Source: Azolla caroliniana
Taxonomy: Eukaryota > Plantae > Polypodiophyta
Length of the DNA stretch: 64,000 nucleotides
Direction: 5' to 3'
Assembly: GCA_043228905.1 (NCBI GenBank)
Contig: JBHGNT010000007.1
Coordinates: 12,958,001-13,022,000, forward strand
Positions 34,353 through 48,891 of this stretch are shown here, piece after piece (the stretch's first letter is position 1; each line of letters opens with the position of its first letter). Under the pieces are notes generated by a model. That model worked only from the letters and a program-made list of their open reading frames with translations, was not told the origin of the DNA and made no database searches. Position numbers and translations under genes: made by a program.

Positions 34353-37300
34353 TAAACTCTTTTAAAAACGCGAAATGTATTGTTTTGGAGTTCATATTAT
34401 TAATACAAATTTTGGGTTTTACTTGGTGGATTCTATTCTTTATAATCTTCTATATGTTTCAATTTTATTTTTATATACTTGGTTAGTAGACTTATGACAT
34501 TGGTTTCACCGCGTGCATTGCTGACTGTCAAATTTATGGAGAAACATGAATTAGTTTAAATTGAGGCTGATTTTGATCAAAGTTTACCTTAACATAACAT
34601 GGTCATAGAATTGTTGCCATGACTGTCCATGTTGTTATTACGGATCTTTGTCTTCTATTGTTAAAACTATTATGTTTCTCTTCCATTGTTGCTTAGATTG
34701 TGTTGTGTGTTGATAATGGTTCCACTAGTGTTATCCGCATGTTTTTATACGCTTGTAGTTCCACTAGCGTTATCATTTAGAGTTTGATCCTGTGTGAATC
34801 ACCTAAGGAATAGATTAGATCAATTTTAAATACAAGTATGAAAGCCTTAATAGGTTTGTTATTTCCACCACATTATCCTAAAGTTCACTGTCTTACATTG
34901 TCCACAATTATATACATATGGTTTGATCCCATACGAACAAACTGAGGAATAGATTAGATCAACTCTAAATACAAGTATTAAATACTTTAATAAGTTAGTT
35001 ATTCCAATCACATTATCCTAAAGTGCACTATCCTACATTGTGCACAATTATATACATGCAAGTATGGGTCAAAGTATAAATTATAACTCATTTTATTAGT
35101 ATGGTTACAAGTAAACCTCATATTTTTGTAAAACTTACCAAATTAATCTAAGTCTTTAACTTAGTGTTTCCCATGTCACACATTAGTGACATATTGAGCC
35201 ATTGTTGAACTTTATTATGCCTACATTAACTTATCAACACGTCCAAACTTGCATGATTTCTAATGATCTCCACTCATAGACCTATCATGTATTTTTATAT
35301 TTGCAAATTCTAATTAAGTTGTGGAACATGTGATACTAGTGCATCCAATTTTTGTAGAGAGGGTATATTTGGATCATTTCAAGAAGATTCTACAAGTGGA
35401 ATGCGCGATCCTTCCACTTGTGAATGCGAATGTGTTAAGGTATTCCTTGTACAATCTCATCTAGTGGTGCTACTTTTATACTAAAAGTAGATAATAATAA
35501 AATACAAATTTTTTTCGAATACTTTAAGTGTTCTGGATTAATAGATGACAATGAAGAAATTTAGGATATGTTTGAAGAATTAAGTTTTGAAGATATAATA
35601 ACTCATTTGGAAGCAATGGAGGATGACAACGAAATCCAAGTTCTTGTCCATTCGATCAAGATGTACGGGGTCATTGAAGAAGTTGCTCAAAAGGATCATG
35701 AAGCACATGTCCTGACAAAGTACAAGACAAAGGAGAAGAAGGTTCGTCCTATTGTTGCTCCACTTCCAGGGGATAGTGAAACAACAATTAAATAAGCAGC
35801 CACAGAGCCAATGGTCAGAGACCCACGAAAGGTGGGACATGTGTTTACCCCAGAAACAATACAAGGGATAAAGACTTGAGGGGGTGACTTCCTATTACTA
35901 GCCAAAGAAAAGCAATTTAGGGAGATGTTAAAAAGGCATGGAAAGGTGTTCACATTCCAATCTAAGGAAATAGGGTGTTTGGATCCAAAAATAGTGGAGC
36001 CCATGGTTATATTCACTATCCCTCATATTCCATGGAATTTTATGCCAATACCCATGCCTAGGGCTAGAATCCCTCAACTATTCGAACTTTTGAAAGAAAA
36101 GATAACGATGGGTATCTTGGAACCATCGAACACCCCTTACTTGAGTCGATGGTTCACTATGTTAAAGAAAGATGGGCGACTCCGATTTATCTAAGATATG
36201 GAACCCGTGAATAAGGTAACAATCCGAAACTTGGGAGTAGGGCCAATTGTAGATGAGTTTGCAAGAAGAGCTATATATTCTATGGGAGACCTTTATTCCG
36301 GGTATGATCAATTTCAACTTGCTATCAAAAGTCGAGATATTACTTCTATCAAGACACCTATGGGGTTAGTATGTATGTGTACCTTGCCACAAGGAGCGAC
36401 CAACTCAGTGGCACATATGATGAATGGAATGAACAAGGTACTTCGTGATTTCATTCCTCATATTACAATGCCTTTTTTAGATGATGTTCTGATTAAAGGA
36501 TGCAAGGAGGAAGAGAAGAATGAGGAATTGGACGAAAGTGGTTGCCGACAATTCGTTGCCGACCATATCAAGGATTGTGAGAAGATACTATCAAGGATGG
36601 AAGAAGTGCATTTGAACTTATCGGGGCGAATTCAATATTTGGGGCAAAATAAATATTAATAGTTGGTCATATGTGTGGTCCGTATGGGAGAAAGCCATCA
36701 CCAACCAAGGTCAATGCAATTCAAAATATGCAAGAAGAATGTACATCCGTTTCAGAAGTACCAAGGTTTCTGGGGGTATGTGTTTTCTACTATCGATGGA
36801 TTCCGCATTATGCCCATCTATCTAAACCTTTATATAGAATCCTAAGAAAAGGAGAAACATTTGAATGGAGTGAAGAGCATTCAGAGGCAATGAGGAAATT
36901 GAAGAACTACTTGGCACAAGCTCCACCATTAAATCAACTTGACTACACCCGACCCATATATCTCACAGTAGACTCCAATCCCATTGGAATAGGATGGGTG
37001 ATAAGCCACCAAGATTGGGGAGAAAGGTATCTAGTCCGATTTGGAGCGAAGGTTCTTAGTGGTTGACAAAGAAAATATGCACAGGTGAAAAGAGAGCTAT
37101 GGGGGATAATAATAGCAGTTAAGACAGATAGAGATTACTTAATTGGTGTTGAAGTAATAATAGAAACGGATTGTTTGCCGAATCTTGGTGTCGTAGCTAA
37201 TTGTGATATTCCAGATATGTTAAGATGGTGCATCTATATTAGATCAATCAACCCTGAAGTTTGACATATCTCTTGGAATAGAAATGCAGTAGCCGATATG

Positions 37301-39679
37301 CTATCAAGAGCAAGGTATGAGGAAGAGGAGATTCCAAACTCGGACGATGAGGACAAAGAACAAACAGTCCTTACCACAAGCATTACCCGGGAAGGAGGAA
37401 TGTAGTTTCTAGAAGAGGAGTATGAAGAAGAATTCAAGGAAATAGAGAAGTACCTACAAACCCCTAACACGTACGAAGGTCAATCTGGAAAAGAGTTCGC
37501 ACAGTTTTGCAAGAATGCCCATAAGTTCTTCCTGCATGAAGGATATCTATGGCGACATCCGAAAACCAAGACTGGAAACCTGCAAAGCGTAATAGGTTCT
37601 AAAGAGCAAAGAAAGGAGATAGTGAGAGGGTTGCAGAAAGGAGATAGTGAGAGGGTTGCATGATAAAGAATGGGCTGGTCATCGAGGACTGTGGGCCCCT
37701 TTCAGTATGATTAAAGAACAATTTTGGTGGCCTTGATACTATGAGGAAATAAAAAAGTATGTGGAAACTTGTCCCACTTGTCAATATTATTCAAATGTAA
37801 AATTTTGTGATGAGTTACACCCAACATACTCACCGGGGGTGCATTACAAGTGGATGATTGATTTGATAACAATGCCACTTGGAGTAGGACAAAAGAGATA
37901 CCTGGTTCTTGTAGGAGTAGGACAAAAGAGATACCTGGTTCTTGTAAGAGAAGATCTAACAAATCAAGTGGAAGGGCGTGCACTACGAACAAAAGGGACA
38001 TTAGGTGTATGTCAATTCATCTTGGAGGACATTGTTTGTAGATATGGATGTACCAGGAAGATAGCGGTAGATAGGGGAGAACTCAATTCTGCGGAAGCTC
38101 AAGATTTTTTCGACAAAGTAGGAATTCGGCTTTCTTTGACAACAATGTATAATCCGGAAGCCTAATGGAAAGATAGAAAGGGGGCATGGGGCAATAGTCA
38201 AAGCTTTAGCAAAGGCATGTAAAGGGCGGGTCAGTGATTGGCAAAACATCTTGCCCTATGCACTGTGGGCTGATAAGACAACTTACAACACTGTTACTGG
38301 ATATATGCCTGCAAAATTAATCATAGGGCAGAAGCCGATAATGCCAATTGAAGAAAAGATAACTACATGGGTTGTATTGCCTTGGGAATTAGAAATGAGT
38401 AGGGAAGATTTACTTGTGATTCGGATACGACAACTTCAATCAAGGACAGAAGACATAGAAAAAGCAACTACTAGATTGAAAGAGGCAAGAATCAAGAATA
38501 AGGATAGATTTGACAAGATAAAAAGAATACGACCAAGAAAGGTGCAAGAAGGAGACTAGGTATTAGTATATGATAGCAACCTAGATAATCAATACAGTAC
38601 TATTCAGAAGTTCACAAAAAGATGGTCTGAACCTTATGAAGTTCGGAAAATAACAGATAAGGCCACATATTTCCTCAATGAATTAGATGGGACAGAAATT
38701 CGTATCCCAATTGCAAGAAAAAGGATTAAAATATTTAAAAGGAGGGAGTCACTAGAGCCCGAATTTTATGAGGAAGTAGAAGAACTAAAAGAATCGGAAG
38801 TGTTGGATGAACTCGCACAACCAATGTGCAAGTTAAGAGGGGGTGGGTGTTGTGCAGAATGTGCTTCATGATATAAAAATGAACTTAAATATTGTATTTA
38901 GTAATATTTGAGAAACTTGAACCCACACCCTTATAAATGAAATACAATGTACATGCCACTAAGCTAGGCTATTTATTTTTAAAAGTATTGTAAAGAATGT
39001 GCTTCAGGACATAAGAATGAAGCTAAATATTGTATTGAGTAAAATCGAGAGGCTTGAACCCTCAACCTTGTATACCAAGCACAAGGAAGCTCAATACTTA
39101 TCCCATGTTTATTTTCATACATGCAAGCTCAAATGAGCGAGATTTCTATCATGCATCACATGTAATGCATAACGCCAAATGGCGATCATGCATCACATGC
39201 ATTTCATGCATTGCATGCATGTCTTTACCCTCACATGCATTATATGCATGGGGGCACCTATAAAAAGAGGGGAATCAAGTAAAGGAGGGAATCAAGAAGA
39301 GAAAGTTAGAGAATAATATAATCAAATAAATAAGTTAGCTTATTTGCGAAGAGGCTCGTGTCTTCGAGTTAAAGTCGAGGGTTCAAATACAAAGTTTGGC
39401 AAAGAAAGATCGCATCTTGCGATGAAGCATTGTACAGTTGGTAAAATCATGTATTCTTAATATAAAGTTTGTTCTTATCATACCATTTCAATTCTTCAAT
39501 CATACATTGTCACTATCTCTTATTTATGCTCGTCTCTCTTACACACATTACTTTTAACTCTTCTTCTTCCTATCCTTAATCTTTCTAACATCAACACACA
39601 AGCATTATAAAAAATTTAGCCGACTCCCTTTAACCTTAGTCCCCGCGACTTTGCCGCATGAACCACAACTACCCTGACA

Positions 39680-39956
39680 ACGTGCTTCTTCTAGCACTCC
39701 CTTTCTCTGTGGTCTTTCTTGCCACACTACCAACATTCCATGTCAGCCTTTCCTTGCATGTTTCTGGCATTGGCTTGACTCCATCTACTTGTAGAGGGTC
39801 CGGAATTGTTGTCAGCGTCATCTCTGTGCCTTCGGCTCTACTCTTGCTGGCCGCCTCCGTTACATGCCGACCCACTTCTTCCTCCATGCCCACGGGGTCG
39901 ATCCGCCTCCGTGTACAACATCCGGCTGTCTGATTGAGTGGTCCTCAACACACCTC
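39680..39956 (-). mobile_element. Copia gag zinc-knuckle fragment (right half of split element)
   Basis: Minus strand ECW*CGKKDHREREC*KK. Confidence 0.75.
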
Positions 39957-42900
39957 GGCCGAAAAGTTGTAAAGAAGAGAAAACGTAAAATGGTTAGGAC
40001 ATTCATGAGGGACAACAGTTCACGCTCTGTGCGTAACCGCCCATGACACTATATAAAGGGAATGGAAAACCTGCAAAAGAATCGAATTGTAGTTTTTGCA
40101 TGAAGAACTTTTGAATATAGAATTAGTTTTCCTATTTGCTGTGTCTCTATTCTTTGGTAAGCTTTATCTGTGTCAAGTCCGCTTACTCTATGTGTAAAGC
40201 GTGTACGAGTTGGTTGCAGCCATCTTCGTAAACCTTCACAGTCTCCACGATCGAGATACCTAGCACGATTCTTGCTCATAGTAACCCAGGCTATGAGAAC
40301 GCCCCTTCACACTCCTTCCTTGACCATGATACCCTTGAGCCAAACCACAAGGACTGAAGATTTGGCATTGTGTTATCCTAAGCCGGTAACACTTTTGGCA
40401 TGCCTAGTCGATTTGTGAGTACACAAAAGAACATTGGGGAATGGATATCGTCTAGCCAAAGAGGCAACAAAGAGATAACACAGCAAGGTAAACCTCAGAC
40501 CCGAATAGAATCCCAAGGGGCGGCAGAGCTCACCTTGGAAGAGTCACGCCATGACACCTCGCCGGATCTCGACGAAAGCGTGTTCAAGTTCGAGTCCATG
40601 CTCACTGAGCACAGTGGTTTTGGACAAGAGGTCCTCTCCCCAATTCACTTGCTCATTGAAAGTACCACTAGGAGTAATTTCGGGGTCCAACACAACGATA
40701 ACTACATACCGTTCTAGATAGATTGCACCCATGACAACATCGGACTTTACACATTCGACACCATGACGTTCCCATACCCACGTTACAATGGTGAACTCGA
40801 TGCCGAGGCCAATGTGAGGTCCTTTCTCACCATGTGGAATACCAACCATATCTCATAGCGATTACCAGAAGCCGAGGCCAACGCATCTAGAATTGCGAAA
40901 TTTGGGCTCACTCTCGACGGACGAGCAACTGAATGGCACTCGCAACTCAATCTAGCCTCATTCACAAGTTTCGACCAAATTTGAATGACATTCCTTTACC
41001 TGTTCCACTGAAGTGTTCCGCAACACGAAATCATTGGCTAGTTTTATTTGATTAGGTAGTTTAGTCAAGAGTCCATCACCGATTTCGTCATTCGCGTGCA
41101 AAACCTCCACAGCCAACTAACGTGGGCACCCATTGAGGAGGAGGCCAAGGACACCTTTTTAGCCACCTTATGCAAACCCATCAGAACAACACTAGGCATG
41201 CTCGATTTCACGGATCAGACGATGGACACGGTAATCAACTGGGTCCTTCGGCTAGAGATGGAAGATACGAAAGAAAGCATGTCCAGGACCTGACTATGAG
41301 AAGCGCTACCACGAGATGAGGAATACTAGTTCCGACAGGCGATTCCATACACCATCTGCCTCAATCCGGGACATTTGGCGGTCAAGTGTAATATGCGAGC
41401 ACACTGTCCAATTTGCCACTCTAGGGCACATACGATAGACCAATGCGAGTATAACCTCTTGAATTGACCCTCGGCACCGGTTCAAAGAATCGAACCACAA
41501 TGCAACGGCGGGTAGCCGAACGAGTGGTTTCGCGAGGACGAACACTATGGAAACACCAACCCCCCTCATTATAGTGAACGTGCTCGCCGAGAAGACGACC
41601 ACTATCAGGATGACGAAGATAGAAACGAGATGACTACCATCGAAATGATCGATACAACAATAGAAACAATCAACACTATGAAAATAGGTGCCCCACAAAT
41701 AATACAGGTGGGCAAGCTCGACCGCGGGCAAATGAAGGAGTTTGACAACCTCGCAACCAATGCCCACAGGACGACATTTCGAAGGAGGACCAACTCCGAC
41801 CTCCCAATAACAACTGACACAACTACGGAAGGAAATCTCACAACACACACCACTACTAGTACTAGCAGCGACCTTGCAATGAGCCTGAGCCACAACCCGG
41901 GTGAGTGGCTCCACCAGCAGCCACAGGATGCGAGTCCAACATGCACTACTTCATCTACCAACAACTAGGGCACTACACAACCGAATGCCCATGACGTGAC
42001 AAGGGGAAGGGACTTGTGGCCAATACGATCATTGTGGAGTTCCAACAAGTGACAACTTGGAGCCAAGCGAAGGCATCCGATTGGGAAGTTCATGATGACA
42101 TTTGCATAGCCGCGAAGGCATAGGTCGAAAAAGGCAATGAGGCGAACGTCGAACGAATGCACCGGGAAAGCACACCTGCAACGTCAAAAACATGAACAAA
42201 AGAAGTCGTGACAGAGAACAACCCAATCTGGAAAACCCTCGCTGACTACTAAATCACAATGACGATAATCCCCAGATTTCAGCAAACAATGGAAGCACGA
42301 ATGCGAAAAATGAACCCGGTAATGATTCATGCGAACTTTGCGGAATCAACAATAGGGCCGACAGTAGTCGACCACCATAACCCGTTCATTAAAGTAATCC
42401 TACAAGGGGAAGAAATTCTAGGATGCATCATTGATGGTGGCTCTAGGGTGAATGTCATAAGCAAAGCTACCTCAAACCGCAAATTGGGAAGCGTGCTCAT
42501 TATGGCTACTCATGGCAAATACCAGATATGTCCAACCATTAGGCCTGTTATGCAAACTGATGTGATCGGTAGACATATGTTTGAAATATTGGTAGTGGTC
42601 TTGGCTATTGACGCACCATGAGCATACCCTTTACTGTTAGGGCGACCATGGTTGCGCTCAGCAAACATCAACCAAAATTGGTAATACAACAACAATTTTC
42701 AATGAGGCAGAATGAAGATTCGGGTGCCGACACAGGAAAGTGCCCCGCCAACAAAGGCCATGACTTCTCTATACGCAAAGGACATCAACATGCTTGAGGG
42801 ACTAGATGACGAGTTGAAGAATTATTTGGCGGAAAATCCTCGAATCGTCCCATTGTTTGACATCGATGTCATTGAAACAGTGGGTGCGTACACCACTCCT

Positions 42901-43288
42901 GTGATAGTAAGAGATGAAGAAGGCGAACCGGACACAGAAGTACTCATGGAGCTCCACAGGGCCCAAGACACATTCGAATGAGAGATGGAGATTTCCCAAC
43001 GCGTCACAATGTCGTTACTAGAGGAATCTACATCGGAACTGCCAATGCACCACGATCACTCTTGATTCCGAAGGAACTCCCACCTTCGGAAAAAGAGGCC
43101 ATGATCAAATTACTACACGACTACAAAGATGTGTTCGCATGGTCTCACGAAGATATTGAAGGGCTGGATCTGAAATTCTACTAGCACCAGATTAACCTCC
43201 TGCAGGATGCTAAGCCTGTCCAACAGCAATGTTATCGCATGAATCCGAATTACGCGGTCCGCGTAAAAGAAGAAATAGATAAACTTTT

Positions 43289-44669
43289 TTTCCTTCAAAG
43301 ATTTTCTTCAATAGTATTAAAACATCGAGAAAGTACAAGTAAAAGTTATCTGCCCATAGGCTTACAACGTAATGTATGTACACCTAAACTTCTACATACA
43401 AAACAACTTGTATAGGGTTGTTGAGCCTTAAACGATACATTAACATGTTGGTTTTATATCAAGAAAAGGTCCATGGAAGATGATAATTCTCTTGAGGTCT
43501 TTGGTTTGTCATTACAAAGAGAGACACTTTCCTCCATAAGTGAAGAAGTTTCATCCTTCTTTTATGAATATTTTCTGGAGAACCAAACATGTTATCATAC
43601 TGCCCATGAACTACTGTCAACAATGTTTCCCATATCTCAAGCAATATCTTTGGAATGCCAAGCTTTGCAGCATCGTAAAGTCGACTGCATCTACATTTCC
43701 ATAATACCCATAATGTTATCGTAGTCATAGTTTTCTAGATCTAGACCGATCGCATCTCATACAACATTGGGCTAGAGTGTAATATTCCCCACACCGCTAC
43801 TACACATGAGAACAAGCAACCAACATTGATTGTTAGGAATAAAGAAAGAACTTTATTCCATACTTGTTGAGCCAAGGGACAAGACCAGAGGGCATGCTTA
43901 GTAGTCTCTGGCGTTGCATAGCAAAATCCACATTGCCTGAGATTATGTGCTACATTCCCTTTTAACATCTGGCCAACTGGTAATGCAGCATGCACTAATA
44001 GCCGTCTAAAAAGAATAAATTTAGAAGGCCCCTTGAAAGACCATCTCCATCTCCAATATGTTTTCAACTGCAACGTTGAAACACCCCAATTAGTCCAATG
44101 TTTTTGTGTTGTTGGTGCCATTACATTCATAGAACTTAGTAATGACCTTCCTAGCTTTATTGAATACTGTAAAAAGGGAACCTTTATGATATGTTCCCCC
44201 AAGGAATATGTCCAGAACCAGCCCCCCGGATCCCATAGTAGTCTTGCAATAGGTTCTTTTGTATACAACCACATCATATCACACATATGAGCAGTAGAAG
44301 GATAAGGATCCAACATCCACTTCTTTCCCATTTTTGCAATCACTCTGATTGGTGCATTCTGCACATGCTGAAAGTAGCTGCAATCAAAAGCATGAGGCTG
44401 CATTCTATTGTTATCAAGAACCTCAAAATAAGAGATGCACCCATTAGGTGAGATGCCCTTGACAACCAACAATATATCATTTATGAAGCATCCAAACCAG
44501 AAATGCTCTTGTATGGGTTCGAAAGTCGCCGATAATGAGGAATATGAAGCTGAAATGGCAGCCGTCATTATCTTGGCTCCATCAAGAGTTTGTAGATGTG
44601 CAAGTCAATCTGCTTGTGGCATCTATTGGAAATGAATCCAAGTATTTATAGAAGCATGTGGCCCATTAC
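43289..44669 (-). mobile_element. 5'-truncated L1-type LINE
   Basis: zf-RVT-like CGFCYATPETTKHALWSC and ITLWVLWKCR; TSD AGAAATAGATAAACTTTT at 43271-43288 and 44670-44687. Confidence 0.88.
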
Positions 44670-46464
44670 AGAAATAGATAAACTTTTGAAAATCGGATTC
44701 ATTCGAATTGTAAAGAGGGCGACCTGGCTGACCCCGATCGTCGTCATATCGAAGAAAAATGAAAAGATCCTTGTCTACACATCGACTATACGAAACTGAA
44801 TGTTGTTATGATCAACAATGCATTTCCATTACCATTCATGGATGGGGTACTCAACGCAGTAGTACGACACGAAATATACAATATTTTAGACGGCTTTAGT
44901 GGCTATAACTAGATCCACATGTAGCCGGACGACCAGGAAAAGACGATGTTCATAATGGTCTGGGAGTATTCGTAGCCGTAGTGATGATGTTTGGACTTAA
45001 AACAGCACCTACGACATTCCAATGCATTATTACTGAAATTTTCGGCAAATACATATGTGCCTTTATGCAGGTCTTCCTTGACGATTTCACGGTTTATGGC
45101 ATGCGAAGTGAACATCTGTGACATCTATGACATCTACGGTGTCGATCGGTGAGGCTTAGCCTCAATCTGGCCAAATGCGCGTTTGGCATGACAAGTGGCG
45201 CACTCCTCGGACACATAGTAAGTCGTGAAGGCATTGCAGTTGACTTCGGAAAGATCACGACAATTATCGAAGCACTAGGTTCGAGAAACGCCAAGGCCCT
45301 CAGTCGATTCCTCAAACAGATCCGTTGGCATAATCAGATGTTGCGATACTTGGCCGATTTTGCGACACTACTACACATAGCGGTACACTGAACATCATTC
45401 CAATGGACGGAGACAGAAGACACTTCATACATGGCCTTAAAATTCATGCTAACCTAAGCACTCGTCGTCCAACCGACAGATTGGACACAACCGTTCCATG
45501 TGTTTTTCGAGGTGTCGGACATCGCAATTGGCAACGCGCTCATGCAATTGACTGCGCCGAACTAGTATCGACTGGTTTACTATTCAAGTTGACAACTTTT
45601 GACTGCCGAGCGGAATTAATCAACAACCGAGTGAGACACCCTAGGTATGATATATCGTATCAATACATTTCGATACTACCTACTAGGGCAGAAGTTTGTG
45701 TTCCAAGTGGATCATACGGTTGACATCCTGTTTTTGGTTTCGAAACAATCGCTCATAGGGAATGTTACGGGCATGACCATATAATATCCCGTGGTAAGAA
45801 TTTACCGTAGTATTCTATACACGTGGATAAGTGTGAGGGTTAAACGAGAGTGTAAAGAAGGGGAGGATTACTTTTAATCCTCGGGATTGAGACAACCCAT
45901 TAGGTCAAGTGTGAACTTGCCTGGGGGCCTTGGGTATCGCTATAAATAAGAGGCCTAGCTACCCTCATTTGATCATCTTTTGACTACATCGAAACTCTGC
46001 TTGTGTGGTGGGTCAACTCTTGTAGCGAGCGCGCCAGCACCAGGTACGACTCGACGCCACGACAGTGGTATGGGACGCTGATCGAGGCTCGAGTCCGTCT
46101 CGATCCCTTCGCTCGGGGGTGGTCGGGTGGATCGGCACCCTTCTTTCTCTTTCTCCTTTCTATCTTTCATTTCTTTATCCTTATCTTAAGCTTACTTTAG
46201 TACCTAGATCTATAATATTTGGTATCAGATTTTTGTACTAATGTTTCTTTGTTTTTCATTTGTCTTTTGATTGATGTTGATCGATCGTTGTGCGGTTGGC
46301 CTTGATCTAGACAACGATCAACAAAGAACTTCGGTAACTCTTTCCATAATTTTTCTTTCTATTCTCTCTTCTCCCATCTAATCATGTGTTTAGTTTATAT
46401 GTAATTTTTTTCATTAAGTCAATGATGTTGTAGTGGTCTTTAATTGATTATCTAAAACGTTCAC

Positions 46465-46735
46465 ATATGTGCACGAGGTCAATACCTCGTTTGACATATT
46501 AATAATATGTGATGAGTGTCGTATGCGTACGAGGTTAATACCTCAATTACGTATTACGTTCACGAACATATGTTACGTTTGCGTATGAGTTTAATACCTT
46601 GATTTGTTGTAAACGATATGTGTTTGGTCTCGTATGCGTAAGAGGTCAATACCTCCATTGCGTATTACGATGATCTCTTATTTGTGGATGTTTCGTGTGC
46701 GTAGAGGTATATACCTCGATTACGTATCTCGATCA
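46465..46735 (+). repeat. Five hairpin units GAGGT-NNAT-ACCTC in the 5' leader
   Basis: Cores at 46475, 46531, 46587, 46642, 46704. Confidence 0.8.
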
Positions 46736-47905
46736 CATCATTTGTGGCTATTTACTATAATGATATGTTTAATATAGGCATATGTGGTCACATATATACA
46801 TATTTGATCGTATATATGTGATAAGTAAACATATGTGTATATTCGTTATTACGTGATTATATCGAAAGTTGTCATGGTCGGGAAAAGGATGTTGGTGGCC
46901 GTCCTCACATTTTTGTGAGAATGGCGTTGTCACCATCCCTTTTTCAACATTTTTTTATTGTTGATAACCCCGTTGACGACCTCGATTTCGTTACGTAAAG
47001 AAACGCCAATAGCCAAAATGATGTTGAGTATGTAGGGCTTGACCCACTTCAAGTGAGGTCGCTCCAATGACGCACGTATCCAACATCCCTCCCTCGTTAC
47101 ATGGATACGATGCCACCATGAGCTCGTTCTTACGAGAGGCATTCGTAATGACGTGACCATGTGATGGCCCACGTGAGCCTACTACGAAACAAGGGCTCAT
47201 TTGGCTTGACCATTAGGTTGCACTTTGGCGTATGCCATCGTAATTACGAGACTTGAGGTTAGGTAACGTACCAACATAGTTTTGGTAAATGAGGGCGAAA
47301 TAAGGACCCTTGACATATATGTTCTTTTAAAAAAACATATATGATCAATTGCTTCGCATATCTCTTATACGCATCAAACATTAAGCATTCGAGAAGAGCA
47401 ACTTACTTGGTTGGCTCAAGTGTTTAATGTATTTGTTCTCGAGGTCTCGAGTTCAAATATGACCAAGACCATACAACATCCTTGATACATATGACTATAA
47501 CACATGTTTAGACTTAAGGTCTAAGTGCACCTCGGGGTCCTCGTAATAGGACTTAAAGAGCCGAAACCACATATGTGGGCACCGAAACATAGTTTATTAT
47601 TAACATTTTTTTCGTGTATAAAATATTCATGACGCGAACATACATGGTTGAGCCTCGGGGAGCCACCATGAAAAAATCGATATAGAGATCAGGGAAAGAC
47701 ATTTATTTGTCACCCCCATGGTTTTTAAAACACCTTTGTGTTACCATAGTAACCTGATCTTGAACCTCATCTCATACGTCTAGAGGGGTATTGACGTGAG
47801 ATAATGATATCGATTAATGCTCGCCCATGATATGTTTACATCACGACATGATGTTATGACTATATCTCTGACCTTATCCTATTTCTTTTCCAGAAATAAT
47901 TTTTA

Positions 47906-48704
47906 ATGGCTCAAATTAACGACCCGATGTCATCCGCTCAAGCGGAAGGAACTCAAGGGAATCCTCCTGGACAAATGTCCACTGAGATGTATTTGGCACA
48001 AATAACCCAATACCTTAGTTTCACCGCTCAACAGATGACCGAACTTCGGCAATCTCAGAGTGCTCTTGGAGGCACGTGTCATTAGTCTACAACGTGAGAC
48101 TAATAGACCTGATGAGCGACAAGGTGAACCATCATTTGTGGTTAAGCCATTTACGGGAGACAAAAAGGAAAGAACCGAAGAAGCAATCTGCACATGGCTG
48201 GGACGATGGGAGTCTCATTTTGAGCTCTATCCCACGCCAGATAGTACGAAGATTGCATATGTCGGCCGAGAACTCAGGGGTAAGGCCGCCGCCTGGTGGC
48301 GTGGCCTCCGTACTATGGGGAAATTGCCCGATACCTGGACAGATTTTGTCACGGTTTTTAAGGGCCAATTTCTGCAACCTCCCTCTCGAACCGAGGCAGC
48401 ACAAGCTTTAATGAACCTCTCTAGCAGGAAATTTTCCTCGCTAGAAGACTATGTTCACCATGCTAGAACCCAAATCCAAAAATCGGGTCTAGAAGGGGAC
48501 AATTGGTTGATAGCTTGTTTTGTCAATGGCATCCCCAATTCGGACTATCACTGGATAGTGCACGATAAGGATCCAAAATCCTTCGAAGAGGCCGTTGAAA
48601 TAGTTCTTCGCTATCAACGCACTTCGAAGAAGGACCATAACAAACCCAACGAAGCGCCCGGGACTAAGCAAGACACCCAACGAATTCCTGGATCGCGATT
48701 GTAA
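47906..48704 (+). pseudogene. gag: Gypsy gag (frameshifted)
   Basis: ELRGKAAAWW...WTDFVTVFKGQF...FVNGIP; remnant zinc knuckle just downstream. Confidence 0.85.
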
Positions 48705-48891
48705 GCGACAACATCCTTTTTGCGTATTCTGCAAAAAGAAGGGTCATACAAAAGATCAATGTCGAAAGCTCCAATGGAAAGAGCACGACAACAAAGCTAA
48801 AGCTGTAGACCATAAAGGTCAGATTCCTAATGTCCTTCAGGTCTATACACATCATTTAAGTAATTGTCAATGTTCTTTCCCTCACTATGTA

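Larger units (their letters stand above)
26413..35436. mobile_element. ~9.0 kb TIR DNA transposon with DDD transposase (-) and ParB-like/DNA amino-methyltransferase gene (+)
   Basis: 36-bp TIRs at 26413-26448 and 35401-35436 (AACACATTCGCRTTCACAAGTRGAAGGAT..CGCAT, 4 mismatches). Flanks AAGA/AAGG. Interrupts the Gypsy between protease and RT. Second copy starts with the same TIR at 60652. Confidence 0.9.
22339..39679 (+). mobile_element. Degenerate full-length Ty3/Gypsy element with tRNA-Trp PBS, carrying nested insertions
   Basis: LTRs ~22339-24198 (interrupted) and 38848-39679; PBS TGGTGAACCCGACGTGA 24203-24219; gag 24238+; protease ALIDHGSEIN ~25940; RT (FLDD) 35900-36660; RNase H; integrase 37600-38750; PPT AAGAGGGGGTGGG 38835-38847; ACGT on both flanks. 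Confidence 0.92.

Noticed and set aside
46465-46735. Mini-CRISPR array
   Set aside because: Repeats are degenerate, lie inside a retrotransposon leader and have no cas genes; kept only as an RNA-structure candidate.
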